Assembly: GCA_963828195.1 (NCBI GenBank)
Contig: CAWHDT010000003.1
Location: 192,001-256,000 of the forward strand
Origin: Candidatus Bathyarchaeota archaeon
GTDB taxonomy: Archaea > Thermoproteota > Bathyarchaeia > Bathyarchaeales > Bathycorpusculaceae
DNA: 64,000 nucleotides
Direction: 5' to 3'
A program made the translations under genes and the position numbers. The notes under the pieces were generated by a model. The model was given only the letters and a program-made list of their open reading frames with translations. It ran no database searches and had not been told where the DNA came from. Shown piece after piece: positions 60,032-64,000 of this stretch; the stretch's first letter is position 1; each line of letters starts with the position of its first letter.

Positions 60032-60320
60032 CCTATTTATCCGAATGTGCGATCGTTTTTAATTGGTTTTATCAAATAGAAAACATAGTGCTTTATTTCA
60101 AGCCATTTCTATTGCACATTAGGCAGTCAGGCTGGGCTTTTGGGTTTCGTTTTAGCTATTACAATATTTTATTCACATTTAGGAAGCAAACCTATTGCCT
60201 TAGAGCCCTGCTTAACATGACCGAGTAATATGGAAAAAAACGGGTTTTTTGATTGAAGGCAACATAACTATTTATTAGGTTAGAGTAGTGACAATAGTTA
60301 GTTTATTGGGGCTTAGAAAA

Positions 60321-61658
60321 ATGAAGGCATTCATAATTCAGTTTCCGTATGGAGTAGCAGCTTTCGACGACAAAAACAATTTAGTTGAGAAAGTTCTGTT
60401 TCCGAAAAAACCTCAAGCAGCAGCAAGAAGCCTGCTTAAAACAGAAGCTGGGAAAATGTCCGACGAAGTTTTCTCGTTAATTTCCCTTCTGAAAAATGTG
60501 AGTTACGACATTTTTGTTTTTGAAAACGCCAACTTGGCAGAAGAAATCCAAAAGAAAATGGACGTAACTGTAGAAGTTGCGAAGCCTGCCGAAGCCGAAG
60601 TTCTCCGTTCACTAATGAATGAAGTTGCAGTTGAATCAGGCTTTGCAAAAGACAAGCAGGAACTAAGCCTTTGGAACCGCAACGTAAGCATGGAACTTGC
60701 TAAGTTAAGAATAAAAGGCGCATCTGAAAAACGGGATTTAATCATCGCTCAGGGCATTCAGACGCTGGATGATTTAGACCGCACAGTTAACCTCTTCATG
60801 GGCAGGCTAAGAGAATGGTACGGCGTATACTTCCCCGAACTTGACCGTTTAATCGAAAAACACGAAACATACTCCCGCCTGGTAATGAATTTAGGCGACA
60901 GAGAAAGCTACACAGCCGAAGCCTTGGAGAAAGAAAATGTTCCTAAAGAAAGGGCAGCTCTTGTTGCAAAAGCTGCTGAATCGTCGATGGGCGCAGACAT
61001 CGCTGAACGCGATTTACAGCAGATACAAGAATTAGCTAAAAACGTGCTGTCATTCTACGAGCTGCGCAAGAACATGGATAACTACGTTGACAGAACCATG
61101 GAGGAAATGGCGCCTAACGTGCGAGCAGTCGCAGGGGCTCTTCTCGGAGCAAGGTTGATAGCTATTTCAGGCAGTTTGCAGAATTTAGCCATGAGGCCAG
61201 CAAGCACAATTCAGGTTTTAGGTGCAGAAAAAGCCCTTTTCCGCTCCTTAAAAACGGGTGCGAGGCCGCCCAAACACGGATTAATCTTCCAGCATACATT
61301 GCTGCATGATGCTAAACGCTGGCAGAGAGGAAAAATCGCGCGGGTAATCGCTGGGAAACTAGCAATCGCCGCCAGAGCCGATGCTTTCGGAGGTCATTTC
61401 ATCGGCGAGAAACTGAAAGCTGACATTAACAAGCGTTTAGAAGAAATCCACGAGAAATACAAGGAACCGCCGCCACCTAAAGAACCTAAGCCGAGACCAT
61501 CATTTGAACGGCAAGAACAAAGACCAGCGTTTGAACGCAGAGACCAAGGACCCCGACCCCCAATGCAGGGGCAATCGTTTAGGGAACGCGACCGGGGCAG
61601 AAGAAGACGCCGAAGCGGCCAGAATCGGAGTAGAGACAGACGTGCCCCTCAAGGTTAA
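60321..61658 (+). CDS. nop5: Box C/D RNP protein Nop5 (Nop56/58)
   Basis: REWYGVYFPEL, PASTIQVLGAEKALF and PPKHGLIFQH motifs. Confidence 0.96.
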   Translation: MKAFIIQFPYGVAAFDDKNNLVEKVLFPKKPQAAARSLLKTEAGKMSDEVFSLISLLKNVSYDIFVFENANLAEEIQKKMDVTVEVAKPAEAEVLRSLMNEVAVESGFAKDKQELSLWNRNVSMELAKLRIKGASEKRDLIIAQGIQTLDDLDRTVNLFMGRLREWYGVYFPELDRLIEKHETYSRLVMNLGDRESYTAEALEKENVPKERAALVAKAAESSMGADIAERDLQQIQELAKNVLSFYELRKNMDNYVDRTMEEMAPNVRAVAGALLGARLIAISGSLQNLAMRPASTIQVLGAEKALFRSLKTGARPPKHGLIFQHTLLHDAKRWQRGKIARVIAGKLAIAARADAFGGHFIGEKLKADINKRLEEIHEKYKEPPPPKEPKPRPSFERQEQRPAFERRDQGPRPPMQGQSFRERDRGRRRRRSGQNRSRDRRAPQG

Positions 61659-62340
61659 ACCCCACCCGAAATTCAAAGAAATCTACACAGCTACCCTTGA
61701 AGAAGGCTCACAACGGTTAGCCACACGCAACCTGACGCCTGGTTTAAATGTTTACGGCGAACGCCTCGTCAAGTTTAAAGGCGTTGAATACCGCATCTGG
61801 GACGCCTTCCGAAGCAAATTGGCAGCAGCTATCCTTAAAGGGGTACAAAACGTGCCCATAGAACCAGGCTCCAAGGTGCTTTATTTGGGTGCTGCCTCTG
61901 GTACAACCCCCAGCCACGTTTCAGACATCGTCGGCGAAGACGGGTACGTTTACTGCGTCGAATTTGCCCAGCGGTCAATTAGGGATTTAGTTAACAATGT
62001 TGCTGCTTATCGACCTAACATTTCACCTCTTCTTGAGGACGCTCGGATGCCCGAGAGATACGCTATGTTCATCTCGGGTAAAGTGGATGTAATTTATTGT
62101 GATGTGGCGCAGCCGGAGCAGGCTAAACTGCTGGCTGACAACGCTGACGTATTCCTTAAACCAGCCGGCTGGGTTATGATTGCGGTGAAAGCACAAAGCA
62201 TCGATGTGACAATGGATCCCGAAGCGGTATATCGGCAAGAAGCCAATATTCTGCGTAAAAGAGGTTTTGATGTCAAGGAAGTTGTGAATTTGGAGCCTTT
62301 CGACAAGGCTCATGCTATGATAGTTGCGCAAAAAATGTAG
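61642..62340 (+). CDS. flpA: Fibrillarin-like rRNA/tRNA 2'-O-methyltransferase
   Basis: VYGE, RSKLAAAI, VLYLGAASGTT and DVAQPEQ motifs; GTG start inferred. Confidence 0.96.
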   Translation: MPLKVKPHPKFKEIYTATLEEGSQRLATRNLTPGLNVYGERLVKFKGVEYRIWDAFRSKLAAAILKGVQNVPIEPGSKVLYLGAASGTTPSHVSDIVGEDGYVYCVEFAQRSIRDLVNNVAAYRPNISPLLEDARMPERYAMFISGKVDVIYCDVAQPEQAKLLADNADVFLKPAGWVMIAVKAQSIDVTMDPEAVYRQEANILRKRGFDVKEVVNLEPFDKAHAMIVAQKM

Positions 62341-62458
62341 GCAAAAAAAGTGATTTCAAAAAGCAACTTGGAATAAACGCTTACCAAAAAAATTCCTACC
62401 TGCAGGAGACCCTACTATTTGTGACAAAAATCCAGCCACAAAAAGCGAACAAAGGCAG

Positions 62459-63184
62459 TTAATGGCAGTTTTGTTTGTACCAATTCTTCATGTATAAATT
62501 CACTATGTCTCCGTGGTAGCAATCTCTAGCCGAGTTCAAAGTCAACAGTTGCTTATTCTTGTCATTTAAATTATAGTAGATAACTTCAGAAACCATAGTC
62601 TCTTTGTCTGTGGGTTCTTTGTTTCCATAACTTGCAAGCTTTGATGCTTCCTTGACAACGTCACCTTCCCAAATAACTTCGCTGACACCGCTACCTTTGT
62701 AGCCAGCCTTAACCACCAAAACTCTTCCATATGATATTCCGATTCCAATTACAATTTCTTGCATGTTATTATTCCTAAATTTATAATTCATAATATCAAC
62801 AATTGATGAAATTTTTCCGCCAGTGGAAAAAATTTCGTCAACGTCCTCTGTCAATGGAGTATCAAAAAAACCTAACACAAAATCACCAGCTACATTTATT
62901 TCAGCACATTTTGGGCTGCCATTCATGACAGCAATAACCTCAGAAACGTAGCTTCTGTAAATTTTGGTGAGCACGCTATTTTTATGAAAATCTATTAATT
63001 CAGATGGTCCGCGAATTTCAACACAAAGTGCTGAACACTTAACATAAAAACCGTTAGTAAAAGTTAATTCACTGCGAGCGGGGATACTGTCCAGTTCCGC
63101 GTAAGTATTTTCCTTTGCTGTTATTATTTGATCGATTCTATTAACGCTGTCTTTAAAATTGTACTCTACATGGTCGCTTTTCAT
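62459..63184 (-). CDS. Class III nucleotidyl cyclase (PycC-like NGFY family)
   Basis: LTFTNGFY, ALCVEIRG, AGD, IGIGISYG, KAGYKGSG and WEGDVV..ASKL motifs. Confidence 0.85.
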   Translation of the reverse strand: MKSDHVEYNFKDSVNRIDQIITAKENTYAELDSIPARSELTFTNGFYVKCSALCVEIRGPSELIDFHKNSVLTKIYRSYVSEVIAVMNGSPKCAEINVAGDFVLGFFDTPLTEDVDEIFSTGGKISSIVDIMNYKFRNNNMQEIVIGIGISYGRVLVVKAGYKGSGVSEVIWEGDVVKEASKLASYGNKEPTDKETMVSEVIYYNLNDKNKQLLTLNSARDCYHGDIVNLYMKNWYKQNCH

Positions 63185-63446
63185 TTAATCCTCTCGACTC
63201 CAGCCACTCATCAAGATTAGTGCTCTTGCTTTAACTACAACTGGCGTAAACCGTATTGAATGTTTAACTAACTCATATTTACACTGAACAATCTTTGAAA
63301 TTTGCCATGTCTGACGGAGAATCCGCGAGTTAAGCATAGCCTTATAATTCAAAAGTCCATCCAACTTTAACCTTGATTCTTCTTCTGCCGAATAAGCTAA
63401 ATCAGCTAGCCTTATTCCGCTTGCAGCTTTTCTATTTTGGTTATTG

Positions 63447-64000
63447 TTAAGCAATTGAGGAAGCTCTCTCAACTAGATCGTTTACAGCGTTAGCCAACGC
63501 TTTACTTGCCACTTGTCTAACCTCTATCGAAGCATCGGTTTCCAGTTTCTCCAGCTTTTTGCGTAAACTTTCAACTTTCGCTATAATGTCCTGCTTCTTC
63601 ATCTCATAACTGTCACGAAGCTTGCCTTGTTCAACAGTAAAATTCTGCTGTGCCATTTCTAACTCGTTCTTAGCAGCCTTCAGGTCCTGCCATGCTCGAG
63701 GAATCTTATCGTCAGTTTTCTTTTTGAGAATCTTTCGTTTGTTGTTATCTTCATCCTGGCCTTGCACTTCACGTTCCAATTCATGTATGCGATTTGTTAT
63801 ACGCTGAACTTCGTCATCTCGCTTGAGGCTTAGTTCCATAGCTTTTTCAACATATTCCTTATCCGTTTCAGCAAGCAAATAATCGCTGTCAGCTAAAGCC
63901 TTTGCAACCGCGCCGACATTTTGTTCATCAATTTTTATTTTGGAAAGTGCACCTTCAACATCAAGAAAAATCTGCGAACAATCCTTTACAAAATAGTCAT
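63447..64000 (-). CDS. Coiled-coil hypothetical protein, 5' end outside the window
   Basis: Heptad-rich ORF whose frame appears to continue to the window edge. Confidence 0.65.
   Translation of the reverse strand, partial: DYFVKDCSQIFLDVEGALSKIKIDEQNVGAVAKALADSDYLLAETDKEYVEKAMELSLKRDDEVQRITNRIHELEREVQGQDEDNNKRKILKKKTDDKIPRAWQDLKAAKNELEMAQQNFTVEQGKLRDSYEMKKQDIIAKVESLRKKLEKLETDASIEVRQVASKALANAVNDLVERASSIA

Noticed and set aside
63185-63472. 95-aa ORF as the cyclase effector
   Set aside because: It has no TM or TIR features and overlaps the upstream gene end; probably spurious.

Overview
This is an archaeal chromosomal segment, most consistent with Candidatus Bathyarchaeia (TACK). That call is an inference from the archaeal rps12/rps7, P1/L12, Nop5-fibrillarin, intron-rich tRNAs and PEF-CTERM surface proteins. 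Housekeeping blocks alternate with accessory regions. The main finding is a 4,633-bp integrative element (27605-32243) inserted in a DUF763 gene at a 6-bp AGCTTT core. It encodes an intact tyrosine recombinase, an HUH rolling-circle Rep and several small ORFs, but no recognisable capsid. In-silico excision restores the host DUF763 reading frame. It also joins an ATG 5 nt after the integrase stop to the start-less ORF that leads the Rep operon, giving a 120-aa gene that exists only on the circle, which suggests a reciprocal gene-splitting switch. Other notable features: tRNA-Trp with two introns (one carrying a box C/D guide), tRNA-Ala with a T-arm intron, an array of six paired AAAGTCGCAA repeats, an HTH-ATP-cone-NrdD protein missing its radical residues, a candidate pseudoknotted sRNA, a TA/Fic island with duplicated micro-genes and a surface-protein island. 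Product calls come from motif recognition only; no searches were run.
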